From assembly GCA_963808745.1 (NCBI GenBank), contig CAWEGX010000012.1, forward strand, positions 86,720-150,719: 64,000 nucleotides of DNA, given 5' to 3'. Both the position numbers and the translations under genes were made by a program. Source of the DNA: an uncultured Bacteroidales bacterium (GTDB lineage Bacteria; Bacteroidota; Bacteroidia; Bacteroidales; UBA10428). The notes below the pieces were generated by a model. It did no database searches, was not told where the DNA came from, and saw only the letters and a list, made by a program, of their open reading frames with translations. Each line of letters opens with the position of its first letter. The first letter of the stretch is position 1. Shown in pieces: positions 10,948 to 21,370 of this stretch.

Positions 10948-12060
10948 TTAGAACCTGATGATCTGACCTTCGTTCAGACTCATATATCCGCTTGTAATTA
11001 CTTTCTCTCCGGGTTCCAGTCCGCCGGTAACTTCAGCCAGTCCGTTATACTTCTGACCTGTTTGCATAGCCTTTTTGCGAGCGATGTACTGGTTATTTTC
11101 CTGTTGCGCAACAAGAACAAAATTGCCTTTGTTATCTGTCTGGATAACGTTCAGGGGCAGTACAATGGCCTTTTGTGTACTATAATCATTGATTTTCACC
11201 ACTGCAATCATATTGGCCTTTAAATTGCCTGCAACAGTCTTCAACTTTGCCTCCACGCTGAATGTACGGTTGGTGGTATTGATGAACTTGCTGCAGAAAG
11301 TTATCTTGGCATTGATTTCCTGTTTGATGTCGGGGAAATAAACTACCACATCATCACCAACATTTACTTTGGCGGTGTATGCCTCTGCTACATCGGCGGT
11401 AACTTTCAGACTGCTGAAATTAACAACCCGGAATGCCGGAAATGAAGGAGAAACAGACTGGCCAACTTTTACCATCGATTCTTCCACAGTACCTGATATG
11501 GGTGATTTGATGGTAGCCATATCAATTTGTTTCTGAATGGAGGCAATTTGCGATTCGAGTCCTTCTTTCGAAGCTTTTGCCTGTAAGTACTGCATTTCGG
11601 ATCCGATATGCTGGTTCCAGAGATTCTCCTGCTTTTTAAAGGTTTCAGCGGCCAGGTCATAACTGGTTTGCAATGATTTGAGCTGCTCCTGGTAAGCTGC
11701 GTCGTTAATGTGGGCCATCGCCTGGCCTTTATTTACATGTTCGCCAACATGCACGCTTACACTGGTTACAACACCCATTGATTCGGGATAAACGGACAGG
11801 TTCTCATCACCGTCGAGTTTTCCCTGTACTTCAATATAATGATTGAATGGCTGAAACTGTATATCTTCAACTGATACAAAAACACCGGTAGTGTTCTTCG
11901 CTGTTGAATCAGAGCTTGCAGCTATTTCTTTCTCCAGTTTTTCAATTTTCTGGGCAATGGCATCATGTTCTTTTTTTAATTTATCGAGCTGGGCTTGTTT
12001 GTTACTTCCACAGGCCATGAGCATCGACAGGGCAATTAATACGAATACTTTGGTTTTCAT
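10948..12060 (-). CDS. Efflux RND periplasmic adaptor subunit (lipoprotein)
   Basis: Lipobox LMAC; lipoyl-like halves (GVVTSVSVHVGEHV, IKSPISGTV); RTFSVEA; GLEPGEKVI. Confidence 0.93.
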   Translation of the reverse strand: MKTKVFVLIALSMLMACGSNKQAQLDKLKKEHDAIAQKIEKLEKEIAASSDSTAKNTTGVFVSVEDIQFQPFNHYIEVQGKLDGDENLSVYPESMGVVTSVSVHVGEHVNKGQAMAHINDAAYQEQLKSLQTSYDLAAETFKKQENLWNQHIGSEMQYLQAKASKEGLESQIASIQKQIDMATIKSPISGTVEESMVKVGQSVSPSFPAFRVVNFSSLKVTADVAEAYTAKVNVGDDVVVYFPDIKQEINAKITFCSKFINTTNRTFSVEAKLKTVAGNLKANMIAVVKINDYSTQKAIVLPLNVIQTDNKGNFVLVAQQENNQYIARKKAMQTGQKYNGLAEVTGGLEPGEKVITSGYMSLNEGQIIRF

Positions 12061-12085
12061 TTTATTTTGAATTATATATTTACAC

Positions 12086-13405
12086 TTATTTTACTTTTGT
12101 TAAAAGATTGTCCAGTTTTGTTTTCGCAGTTACCAGGGCCATGAGCGCATTAAAATAGGTGCCTTCAGCCGTGAAATACTGCTGCTGGGTTGTATTCAGG
12201 TCCAAACTACCGCTTACTCCTTCCTGGAATTTTATGATTGATTTCCTGTAAATCCTCAAAGCAAGATTCCTGTTTTCCTGTTGAAGGAAGTAAACATCAC
12301 GTGCTGTCAAAAATCCTGAAAGGGCAGATTCATACTGAATTCTAAGGTCATCTGCTCCCATTTTCTTATTGGTTTGTGCCTGCTGATATTCAATTTCACG
12401 CTGCTTTACCTGTGACAATCTCATTCCGCTGCTGAAGATGGGGAAGGCAAGTGAAAGACCATAGGTGTTTGGCGACTGATCGTTGAAAAAGTTATTATCC
12501 AGACTCTTATAATATGAATAATAACCTGAAACGGTCGGCAAAAACATCGACTTTGATAATTTGTAATTTAACAATCTTAGTTTTTCCTGGGTTTGCATCA
12601 TGTTGTAATCAACGTTGCTGCCAAGGTCAAAGCTATCAATGACGGCGGTTTCAAGGTTCATAATATCAACCAGGGGATCAATCTGATCGGTGAGTATGAT
12701 GGGCTGGTCGATAGGAAGTCCCATCTGAAATTTCAGCATACGTTCCATAATGCCAATTTGCCTCAATGTGACGGACAAATTGCTTTTAATGTTCGATTCA
12801 AGGATCTTCAACTGATCAACATCTGTTTGTTCAAGAAAACCATTGTTAAACATCTGTTCACTTTGATATAATGTTTGTTGAATGGCTGTAAGCGTTGAAT
12901 CAAGGATATCACTCGATTGCCTCGCAACCAATGCTGTGAAATAAGTATTGGTGATACTTTCCTCAATTCCGATCTTGGATTTGGTATCAGCCAGTTCAGA
13001 CAGACTGGCATACACCTTTGCAGCTTTTAATCCAACGATATATGCACCGTTGAAAATGAGCTGATCGACTTTCCGCCAATAAAAAAACTGGTTTTCAAAT
13101 CATCGGGATTGAAATCCGGGATGAAATTACCTAATTGATCAGACAAACCCGCCAGCTGTGGCGAATAAGCATATTGACTGTTAACATTCACCTGGGGAAG
13201 ACCGGTTGCCGTATTCTCCCAGATCATTTTCTTAGCGATTTCCACATCGCGTGCGGAGTTCAGTAAAATCGGACTATTATTCAATGCATAGTCTTTGGCC
13301 TCGCTGAGAGAGAATTTCAAGGGTTGAGACGGACTGGTCTGTGTATTTGCTGATAATAACAACGCAGAACAGCAACGCCAAAAAAAGAAGTGATCTGACT
13401 TTCAT
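12086..13405 (-). CDS. TolC family outer membrane efflux protein; frameshifts near 13355 and 13070
   Basis: Signal peptide MKVRSLLFLALLF; FSLSEAKDYALNNS; reconstructed GKVDQLIFNGAYIVGLKAAKVYA; LPTVSG, PIFSSG. Confidence 0.88.
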
Positions 13406-13470
13406 TGTGCCTGATTTAAAAAAATTAATAAACTTGATTATCATAAATTTGTAGTTAAATAGGTTATTCA

Positions 13471-14116
13471 TCATTCATATTTTTTTGAATCATTGGAACC
13501 GTGGAATTCAAGTTGCATTAAATGAGATTCAAAAAAAACAAGACCTTTTGCATTGACTATACCCCTGATATGGTAAACAAAAAATTCATTAAAAAACTGG
13601 GGATCCATAAATTCAGGAATGGAAACCACTTCGCTGTCAACCATATTGTCTATCAAAGCAACGTTCAGACGTGAAATCGTATCCAGTTTGATCTCTTCCC
13701 TGTAAAGACCTTCTTCAATGCCCTTTTTCAGGTTATCAAAAATGAAACGGAAAACATGATTTCTTCTAAGATCACGAACCTTTATATAAAGGTCGGGGTA
13801 ATATTTTTTCAGATCATATTCCGTAGCAGCGCTATAGTCTTTTAACATGGTGCTGATACATCGTGCAATCTCCAGCAGCTGCTCAATGGCATTTTTGTCA
13901 TCACTGCAGGTGATATTCATTCTGTCCTGCCGGTCAGAAATTTCCATTTCGACTACCTTATGTACTAAGATCATCTTTATCATGCACGTATTGATACAAC
14001 GTTTTCTTTGAGATGCCCAATTCATGGGATACATCATCCATGGTCACACTGCGTATACCGTATTTACGGTAAAGCTGGCGTACCTTTTTAAGTATTGTTA
14101 TTAATTCGTCATTCAT
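13471..14116 (-). CDS. TetR/AcrR family regulator; two +1 indels near 14009 and 13969
   Basis: From ATG 14116: MNDELITILKKVRQLYRKYGIRSVTMDDVSHELGISKKTLYQY (TetR HTH); C-terminal part NLKKGIEEGLYR. Confidence 0.9.
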
Positions 14117-14120
14117 GCTG

Positions 14121-14183
14121 CAAATATAAACGAAAAAAACTTTGGAAACAAAAATTGGAGTAAAAAGTTTCCAAAGTTTTTTT
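14121..14183 (-). promoter_or_regulatory. Bacteroidota sigma-A promoter of tetR plus 17-bp inverted repeat (putative TetR operator)
   Basis: -7 box TATATTTG (14128-14121), -33 TTTG (14152-14149), 20-bp spacer; IR AAAAAAACTTTGGAAAC (14133-14149) / GTTTCCAAAGTTTTTTT (14167-14183). Confidence 0.7.
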
Positions 14184-14419
14184 GCAATATATATATCTCA
14201 GTTTTATTGACGATCATGTAGAATGAATATTCTAATCTTAATATTAATTTTTCGAATTCATAGATTAAACGCCTTCGGCGTTTTTGGATTTAACCGCAAA
14301 GACCTCAGAGAAATACGCAAAGGACTCGAAGTTTTTAATGCGATAATCAAGGCAAAAAGCAGAGGCGCTTTGCTTTAATGAGAGCACAGAGCCTAACAAT
14401 CCATTATCGCCAAAAATAA

Positions 14420-14642
14420 ATCTGCGAAATCCGCGAGAATCTGCGAGAGAATAAAGCCCCGTTAAGCAAAATTATCTGCGAGATCTGCGAGATCAGCGAG
14501 AGAATAAAGCCCCGTTAATGCAAATTTATCCGAGATCGGAGATCCGCGAGAGAATAAAGCCCCGTAATGTAGATTTATCTGCGAGATCCGCGAGAGAATA
14601 AAGCCCCGTTTATGCAAATTTATCTGCGAGATCAGCGGAGAT
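14420..14642. repeat. Tandem repeat of 44-53-bp units (4 full copies plus a partial)
   Basis: Core GCGAGAGAATAAAGCCCCGT at 14443, 14496, 14546, 14590, separated by related ATCTGCGAGATC-rich sequence. Confidence 0.9.
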
Positions 14643-14646
14643 TTTC

Positions 14647-15369
14647 TTATTTGAATTCAAGTGTACCAAACCGCCTATAGTCATGGAATGTACCGGGAAC
14701 GGGCAGCCATGACCATTCGGACTGTCCATGGTCATAATCTATACGGTAGAAATTGGCACGCCAGCGGGAGCCTTTTACAGGCGGGCCACTGATAATAGGT
14801 TTTAGCAATGCATAAGGAATATAGAACTCGGCCGTCCATGATCTGCCTGAATGGGAGGTGTTTTCTTTAATGGCTGTAGAATGGCGGGTAAGCCGTTTTC
14901 CTTCATAATGCCAGGGCCTCCAGCCATAAAAATTGCCATCATAATTGGGTACCATGATGGGCAACTCATAATTCAAGGGTGATAACTCATATTCAAAGTA
15001 TACCGGTATGCGCTCATCTGTCCAGAAGAAAGCCTCCACCACATCCTCATGCCAAAGATCCAGGAAATCTCCCTTCATTGTGGATATGATTGCGCTGTCC
15101 ATACACTGGTACAAACAATAAATACCCGAATCGGAATACATGATCTTGAACCGCGTCTCGTAGGAGACACCTGGCTGTTGAGGGTTCAGAACAGTCCATT
15201 GAGCGGAACTCCAGGCTGATTCATTGCCATCGCCGGTCAGCTCAAAATTTGAGCAATGTACAACAGGCATTATATGATCAGCAGGGCTGGAGCTACCCGC
15301 GGGTTGAGCTGCAAGGGCAGAGGCGGCAAAGGCAAAAATGGCCGTAAGTAATCCTGATGTATTTTTCAT
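14647..15369 (-). CDS. Secreted CBM9-like (DOMON-like) domain protein
   Basis: Signal peptide; LTGDGNESAW, LWHEDVVEAF, YFEYELSPLN, WTAEFYIPY, WRANFYRID, FHDYRRFG. Confidence 0.78.
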   Translation of the reverse strand: MKNTSGLLTAIFAFAASALAAQPAGSSSPADHIMPVVHCSNFELTGDGNESAWSSAQWTVLNPQQPGVSYETRFKIMYSDSGIYCLYQCMDSAIISTMKGDFLDLWHEDVVEAFFWTDERIPVYFEYELSPLNYELPIMVPNYDGNFYGWRPWHYEGKRLTRHSTAIKENTSHSGRSWTAEFYIPYALLKPIISGPPVKGSRWRANFYRIDYDHGQSEWSWLPVPGTFHDYRRFGTLEFK

Positions 15370-15415
15370 AGATAATAAAGTTATTGAAAAACATTTAGAT
15401 TATCCAAATAAGAGT

Positions 15416-15561
15416 TTTGCAGTTCTGCAGTTCGGAAAAGTGAATGGTGAATGGTGACAGTGAATCACTACAAGATAAAAACTAAGAGTGGAAAACAATG
15501 TGCTAATTGCTAATATGCAAATTTGCTAATTTGCCGAACCAGTAAACTGCAGAACTGCAAA
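15416..15561. repeat. 146-bp segment with perfect 17-bp terminal inverted repeats and internal 7/8-mer repeats
   Basis: TTTGCAGTTCTGCAGTT (15416-15432) / AACTGCAGAACTGCAAA (15545-15561); internal GTGAATG and GCTAATTT-like repeats. Confidence 0.6.
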
Positions 15562-15632
15562 CCGCAAATCTGCGAACTGCAGCACTTCATGCACATTTCT
15601 CTTGCCAGTCCCTAGTCCCCAGTCCCTCGTCC

Positions 15633-17729
15633 CTACTTAAGATACTTGTCCAGCCATCCAAAAAACTCCCTTTGCCAGAGAATGCTGTTTTGTGGTTTTA
15701 GTACCCAATGACTTTCATCCGGAAAGTAAAGGAGCTTTGAAGGAATTCCACGCAATTGAGCCGCATTGAATGCCTGGAGGCTTTCTGTATAGGGAATGCG
15801 CAAATCATTGGCTCCTGTAATAAACATAATGGGCGTGTCCCATTTGTCCACATACAGATGGGGCGAAAACCGGGTATAGCTTATTGGCTTGGGTTTATCC
15901 CATGGATAACCCTGCAGGTCATGATTTGGAAAAAACGACTCTTCTGTTGCCGTTGCCTGGCTCTCGAGATTGAAGTTACCACAATGCGCAATAAAAGCCC
16001 TGAATCTTTTTTGATGGATTCCGGCCAGGTACATGACGGAGTAACCTCCATAACTGGCACCCACCGCACCTATATGGTCGCCATCTACGTAAGGTTCTTT
16101 TTTCATATCGTCAACCGAACTTAAATAGTCCCTCATATTCTGGCCACCGTAGTCCCCTGTGATCTCATCATTCCATTCCTTTCCGAAGCCAGGCAATCCC
16201 CTGCGGTTGGGGGCAATTATAATATATCCGTTTGCCGCCATCAGCTGAAAATTCCAGCGGTATGAAAAGAATTGGGAAACTGCGTTCTGAGGACCTCCTT
16301 CACAAAATAACAAAGCGGGATATTTTTTTGTGCTGTCAAAATCAGGAGGATATACTACCCATACCAGCATGTCTTTTTTGTCGGTTGTTTTTACCCATCT
16401 CTCTTTCACATCACCCATTTTCACAGCATCATAAATGTTTTTATTGATGTAGGTCAGCTGTGTTTCCTTTCCCGTTGAGGGGTCGATGCTAAAAATCTCT
16501 GCGGCCATGGACATTGAATTCCTTGTACCAATGAGTTTGTCACCGCACCTGTATAATACATTGTAATCATGTTTTCCTGATGTTACGGATCTAATGGTTC
16601 CATCGGCTGTATTGCATTCGTACACCTGGTAAGTTCCATGGATGATTGTAATAAAATTAATTTTCGTACCATCTTCATTCCATACATAATTCGAGGCATT
16701 GTAATCAAAACCGGTTGTCAGGTTTTTCAGGCTTTTTGTATCGAAATCATAAACAAACAATTCTTCCTGGTCGGATTCATAACCTGGAGTTTCCTGGCTT
16801 TTGAAAGCCAGCTTTTTGCCGTCAGGTGAAAAAACGGGATTTTTATCATATCCCATCATACCGTTCGAAATATTGGTAGTTGTATTATCCTTAAGGTCAA
16901 AAACATATATATCTGAATTGGTGCTGGTTGCATAGGCTGTTCCCTTTAATTTCTTGCAGGTATAGGCCAGTTTTGAACCATCGGGACTCCAGGCAATTTC
17001 TGAAGCATCAAAATAAGGGGACAAGGGTGAATCAAATGGTTCACCAGACAGGATATCCTTACCCGTTTCAATTTTATCTTGCTTGAATGATGTAATAAAA
17101 ATATGGCTGTATGCATAATCATGCCATGAATCCCAGTGGCGGTACATCAGTTCATTTATGATCAGGCCCTTTGCCAGTGGCAGGTCAGGATAAATATCCT
17201 GTGTGGTGGAGTCAAGTTTTACATCCTGGAGATAGAAAAGCGAGTCGCCGGAATTGGTAAATTCAAATCCGTTTATTCCTCCGGGTATATTTGAAACTGC
17301 TGTTTTATTGCTGCCGTCGGCATCCATTTTCCAAATTTGCATGCTGCCATCGGATTCACAGAGGTAGGCAATACTCTTATTATTTATCCAGCGGGGATTT
17401 GCACAGGAAGGGCTTCCACCGGTAAGATTCACGGAATTTCCACCCGCTGCCGGCACAGAAAAAATCCAGGTATGACGCTTATTAGTATGGTAATCATACC
17501 GGGTAACAGTATAAATAATGGCATTCCCGTCAGGAGACGGTTGAATTTCGCCCAGTCGTCCAAATTTCCAGAGCATTTCAGGGGTTAGCCTGGCTGCGCT
17601 GATCTCCTGAGGAGTCAGGCTATTGAGAAAATCTCCATCCTCAGGAATATTCGCCTGAGGGCTTTTAATTCTGCAACTGTCCAGCAAGGCCATCAGCAGC
17701 AAAGCGGATAAAATGAATAGCTTTTTCAT
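15633..17729 (-). CDS. S9 family peptidase (dipeptidyl-peptidase 5-like), lipoprotein
   Basis: Lipobox LDSC; PD40-type propeller repeats (SPDG); GASYGG nucleophile, ANDLRI, DESHW; likely start MKKLF at 17729. Confidence 0.9.
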   Translation of the reverse strand: MKKLFILSALLLMALLDSCRIKSPQANIPEDGDFLNSLTPQEISAARLTPEMLWKFGRLGEIQPSPDGNAIIYTVTRYDYHTNKRHTWIFSVPAAGGNSVNLTGGSPSCANPRWINNKSIAYLCESDGSMQIWKMDADGSNKTAVSNIPGGINGFEFTNSGDSLFYLQDVKLDSTTQDIYPDLPLAKGLIINELMYRHWDSWHDYAYSHIFITSFKQDKIETGKDILSGEPFDSPLSPYFDASEIAWSPDGSKLAYTCKKLKGTAYATSTNSDIYVFDLKDNTTTNISNGMMGYDKNPVFSPDGKKLAFKSQETPGYESDQEELFVYDFDTKSLKNLTTGFDYNASNYVWNEDGTKINFITIIHGTYQVYECNTADGTIRSVTSGKHDYNVLYRCGDKLIGTRNSMSMAAEIFSIDPSTGKETQLTYINKNIYDAVKMGDVKERWVKTTDKKDMLVWVVYPPDFDSTKKYPALLFCEGGPQNAVSQFFSYRWNFQLMAANGYIIIAPNRRGLPGFGKEWNDEITGDYGGQNMRDYLSSVDDMKKEPYVDGDHIGAVGASYGGYSVMYLAGIHQKRFRAFIAHCGNFNLESQATATEESFFPNHDLQGYPWDKPKPISYTRFSPHLYVDKWDTPIMFITGANDLRIPYTESLQAFNAAQLRGIPSKLLYFPDESHWVLKPQNSILWQREFFGWLDKYLK

Positions 17730-17786
17730 GGGATTGGTTATATTTGAGGGCACAATTTAATCAATAAGATAATAACAACAATCCAA

Positions 17787-18860
17787 ATGGAACTGAAAAA
17801 AGATTTTACCCATTCTTTGGTTGTGCCCACAAGCATGGGTATTCGGATAACCCCGTTAAACGGCCAGCCCGTTCACAGCAGTGAGCTTTTCAGCCTGCAG
17901 GCTACCAGTGCAGAAACCAATGTGGCAAGTATTTCATCCTACCTTGGACTACCGGTAAAGGTGCTTACAACCTTTGTGAAGGATAGTCCGGTTGCACAAA
18001 TAATAAAAAACAGCCTGGCCAGCCGGCATATCTCCTATGAAGGAAGAGAGGTACCCCAGGGTGATCCCTGGGGATACCGTCATCAGTTTAATATTGCCGA
18101 CAGCGGTTTCGGATCACGCGGACCACGCGTACTTAATGACCGTGCCGGTGAAGTAGGCCGCACTCTCAGCGTGAAGGACTTTGACCTGGAGAGGATTTTC
18201 GGTAAAGAAGGCGTGCAGATCCTGCATATGTCGGGTTTGATAGGAGCGTTATCCCCTCAAACCAGTGCGTTTTGTCTTGAACTGGCCAGAACCGCAAAGA
18301 AATACGGCACCCGCATTTCCTTTGACCTTAATTACAGGGCTTCATTCTGGAAAAACCGGGAAAAGGAACTCCGTGAGATTTTTACAGAGATCGCTTCTGT
18401 TTCAGATATTTTAGTGGGAAATGAAGAAGACTTCCAGCTTTGTCTGGGAATTAAGGGTCCGGAAACCGGGGGTAAAGACATAGCAAACCATATTGACGGA
18501 TTCAGGATAATGATTGAAAGTGTAAAAAAGGTATTTCCCTATACTTCTGTATATGCAACCACGCTGAGGCAGGTCATCAGTACCAACAGCCACATGTGGG
18601 GAGCCATTTTACTGGCCGAAGATCAATGGCACTTCGTCGAACCGCGCGAAATCAGTGTTCTCGACCGGATTGGCGGAGGAGACGGATTTGTGGGCGGACT
18701 ACTCTATGCTTTGCTGAAAGGCTGGGATGCAGAAAAGTGGATTCAATTTGGCTGGGCATGCGGTGCACTGGCCACTACATTTCTCACCGATTACGCTCAA
18801 CCCGCCGATGAAGAACAGGTCTGGAGCATCTGGGAAGGCAATGCACGTGTGAAGAGGTAA
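17787..18860 (+). CDS. PfkB family sugar kinase (2-keto-3-deoxygluconate kinase-like)
   Basis: AETNVA, SFDLNYRASFW, GNEED, DRIGGGDGF; -7 box TATATTTG at 17739. Confidence 0.85.
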   Translation: MELKKDFTHSLVVPTSMGIRITPLNGQPVHSSELFSLQATSAETNVASISSYLGLPVKVLTTFVKDSPVAQIIKNSLASRHISYEGREVPQGDPWGYRHQFNIADSGFGSRGPRVLNDRAGEVGRTLSVKDFDLERIFGKEGVQILHMSGLIGALSPQTSAFCLELARTAKKYGTRISFDLNYRASFWKNREKELREIFTEIASVSDILVGNEEDFQLCLGIKGPETGGKDIANHIDGFRIMIESVKKVFPYTSVYATTLRQVISTNSHMWGAILLAEDQWHFVEPREISVLDRIGGGDGFVGGLLYALLKGWDAEKWIQFGWACGALATTFLTDYAQPADEEQVWSIWEGNARVKR

Positions 18861-18993
18861 ATTTCCCTTTTAATAATAAGATATAATTATCCGGATTTAT
18901 ACGGTAACTTTGCCCTGTGATATATTGTTAATGAGGTTAACCTTATATAATGCTTTTATTTTTGTTGAATTGTGAATTAATTATAACCAGGGA

Positions 18994-19818
18994 ATGAACC
19001 AACTAGTTGCAAAGCGGTATTTGTCTGCAAATGTTGTGGAAATGGAGATTGAGTCGCCGCTGATTGCACGAAAGAGACAGGCGGGACATTTTGTGATTTT
19101 AAAGGTAGGCACACGGGGGGAGCGGATCCCCCTCACCATAGCCAAAGCCGATGTGGTGAAGGGTACCATTACCCTCATCATACAGAAAGTGGGCGTCACC
19201 AGCCATAAAATCTGCAACCTGGAGGTTGGCGATGAAATTACGGATGTGGTCGGTCCATTGGGTCATCCAACCCACATTGAAAAAATAGGAACATTGCTAT
19301 GTGCAGGCGGAGGAGTAGGGGTGGCACCCTTGTTGCCGATTGTGGAGGCAATGCACAATGCCGGGAACCGGATCATTACAGTTCTCGCTGCACGATCAAA
19401 GGAACTGATCATTCTTGAGCCCGAAATGCGTGCTAATTCAGATGAGGTAGTTATCATGACGGATGACGGCAGCTACGGCAAAAAGGGAATTGTAACACAG
19501 GGCATGGAAGAAGTGATCACCAGGGAAAAGATAGATATGGTGCTCACGATTGGCCCTGCCATTATGATGAAATACTGCAGTCTGCTTACCGCAAAATACA
19601 ATATACCTACGATGGCCAGTCTGAATGCAACAATGGTGGACGGTACAGGCATGTGTGGTGCCTGCAGGGTTACTGTAGCCGGGAAAACCAGGTTTGTTTG
19701 CGTCGACGGTCCGGAATTCAATGCCCACGAAGTGGATTTTGACGAATTGCTGATGCGCCTGGGTGGTTATAAGGACGAGGAGAAAGCGCTGTTTCAGCAA
19801 TATATGGACAATAATTAA
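18994..19818 (+). CDS. nfnA: NfnA/SudB-type FAD/[2Fe-2S] subunit
   Basis: GERIPLT, VGPLG, GGGVGVAP, TDDGSYG, DGTGMCGACRV...CVDGPEF; -7 box TAACTTTG at 18905. Confidence 0.85.
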   Translation: MNQLVAKRYLSANVVEMEIESPLIARKRQAGHFVILKVGTRGERIPLTIAKADVVKGTITLIIQKVGVTSHKICNLEVGDEITDVVGPLGHPTHIEKIGTLLCAGGGVGVAPLLPIVEAMHNAGNRIITVLAARSKELIILEPEMRANSDEVVIMTDDGSYGKKGIVTQGMEEVITREKIDMVLTIGPAIMMKYCSLLTAKYNIPTMASLNATMVDGTGMCGACRVTVAGKTRFVCVDGPEFNAHEVDFDELLMRLGGYKDEEKALFQQYMDNN

Positions 19819-19837
19819 GTGAATCTCAACGGGAAGA

Positions 19838-21370
19838 ATGACGATGTCTGAAAACAATCAGGAGATGACTTCACGTGATGAGTCCTGGCGTGAAAAACTC
19901 AGGCAGGACCTGAAGCCGGCGGAACGCAGCAAAATGGTGCGTGTTGAAATGCCGGAAGCCGATCCGAAGGAAAGAAGCAAAGGATATATTGAGGTGAACA
20001 GGGGATTGACACCGGAACTTGCGAAGTCAGAAGCCAGTCGGTGTCTCGACTGTAAAAATCCCACCTGTATCAGCGGCTGTCCGGTTGGAATTGACATTCC
20101 CGGATTTATCAAGAGCATTGAAAAGGGCGATTTTCTTGCAGCATCACGGATCATTAAGTCGGCCAGTGCATTTCCGGCAGTTTGTGGCAGGGTTTGCCCG
20201 CAGGAAATTCAATGTGAAGCAAAGTGTATTTATGCTGATAAAATGCACAAGGAGCCTGTGGCCATCGGGCATCTTGAACGATTTGTGGCAGATTATGAGA
20301 TGCATTCCGGAAAAATATTTGTTCCTGCTACAGCCTGCAGCAATAATACAAAAGTTGCGGTGGTAGGATCGGGACCTGCAGGGCTTACGGCAGCAGGTGA
20401 TCTGGCCCGGCTTGGTTATTGCGTCACCGTTTTTGAGGCCTTGCACGAATTGGGCGGTGTGTTGAAATATGGAATTCCTGAATTCAGGTTACCGAACGAA
20501 ATAGTAGACACTGAAATCGAAAACCTGAAAAAGATGGGTGTCGAGTTTGTGTGCAATTTCATAGTAGGAAGAACCTTGTCATTTGAGGATTTAACAAACC
20601 AGGGATTCAGGGCTTTTTTTGTTGGCAGCGGAGCCGGATTACCAAACTTTATGAATATTCCGGGTGAAAATTTTAACGGCGTTCTTTCATCCAATGAGTA
20701 CCTTACCCGCGTTAACCTGATGGGAGCAGCAAAAGAGGATTATGATACGCCTGTATACTTTGGTAAAAATGTTGCCGTAATTGGCGGCGGGAATACTGCG
20801 ATGGATTCAGTAAGAACCGCACGCCGCCTGGGCGCCGAAAGAGCTATGATAATTTACAGGCGGTCATTTGATGAAATGCCTGCCAGGAAGGAAGAAATCA
20901 AGCATGCCCTGGAAGAGGGAATTGAGTTTCTGAACCTGAACTCCCCGGTTGAGTATCTTGCAGATGAAAAGGGACATGTGAATAAAATCAGGCTTCAGCG
21001 CATGGAACTGGCAGAACCCGATGCTTCGGGAAGGAGGAAGCCCACTCCGGTTAAGGGATCAGAATATCTTATCGATGCGGATCTTGTAATCGTCAGTATC
21101 GGCGTGTCTCCCAATCCGTTAATTGCACAAAGTCTGCCCAGGTTAAGTGTGAGCAAATGGGGAACGATCAATTTAACGGATGGAACCATGCAATCCAGTA
21201 TCCCCGGATTATTTGCCGGAGGTGACATTGTAAGGGGCGGCGCTACCGTGATCCTTGCCATGGGCGACGGAAGAAGGGCGGCACGGGAGATACACGAATA
21301 CCTGAGCAGGGACGAGGGAGAAGAGACCAGGGACGAGGAACCACCGGGAAGAAATCCCGATTGGGATTAA
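19838..21370 (+). CDS. nfnB: NfnB/SudA-type Fe-S flavoprotein (often annotated as NADPH glutamate synthase GltA)
   Basis: RCLDCKNPTCISGCP, CGRVCPQEIQCE, GSGPAG, YGIPEFRL, GGGNTAMD, FAGGD; adjacent to nfnA, no large GltB subunit. Confidence 0.85.
   Translation: MTMSENNQEMTSRDESWREKLRQDLKPAERSKMVRVEMPEADPKERSKGYIEVNRGLTPELAKSEASRCLDCKNPTCISGCPVGIDIPGFIKSIEKGDFLAASRIIKSASAFPAVCGRVCPQEIQCEAKCIYADKMHKEPVAIGHLERFVADYEMHSGKIFVPATACSNNTKVAVVGSGPAGLTAAGDLARLGYCVTVFEALHELGGVLKYGIPEFRLPNEIVDTEIENLKKMGVEFVCNFIVGRTLSFEDLTNQGFRAFFVGSGAGLPNFMNIPGENFNGVLSSNEYLTRVNLMGAAKEDYDTPVYFGKNVAVIGGGNTAMDSVRTARRLGAERAMIIYRRSFDEMPARKEEIKHALEEGIEFLNLNSPVEYLADEKGHVNKIRLQRMELAEPDASGRRKPTPVKGSEYLIDADLVIVSIGVSPNPLIAQSLPRLSVSKWGTINLTDGTMQSSIPGLFAGGDIVRGGATVILAMGDGRRAAREIHEYLSRDEGEETRDEEPPGRNPDWD

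Noticed and set aside
10527-14116. Programmed frameshifting or phase variation in the efflux operon
   Set aside because: Several unrelated single-base indels with no consistent slippery site or long SSR; similar errors occur across the window
14420-14642. CRISPR array
   Set aside because: Intervening sequences are homologous to each other rather than unique spacers, the period varies 44-53 bp, and there are no cas genes in the window
19838-21370. Glutamate synthase
   Set aside because: No large subunit nearby; pairing with the NfnA-type gene indicates NfnAB
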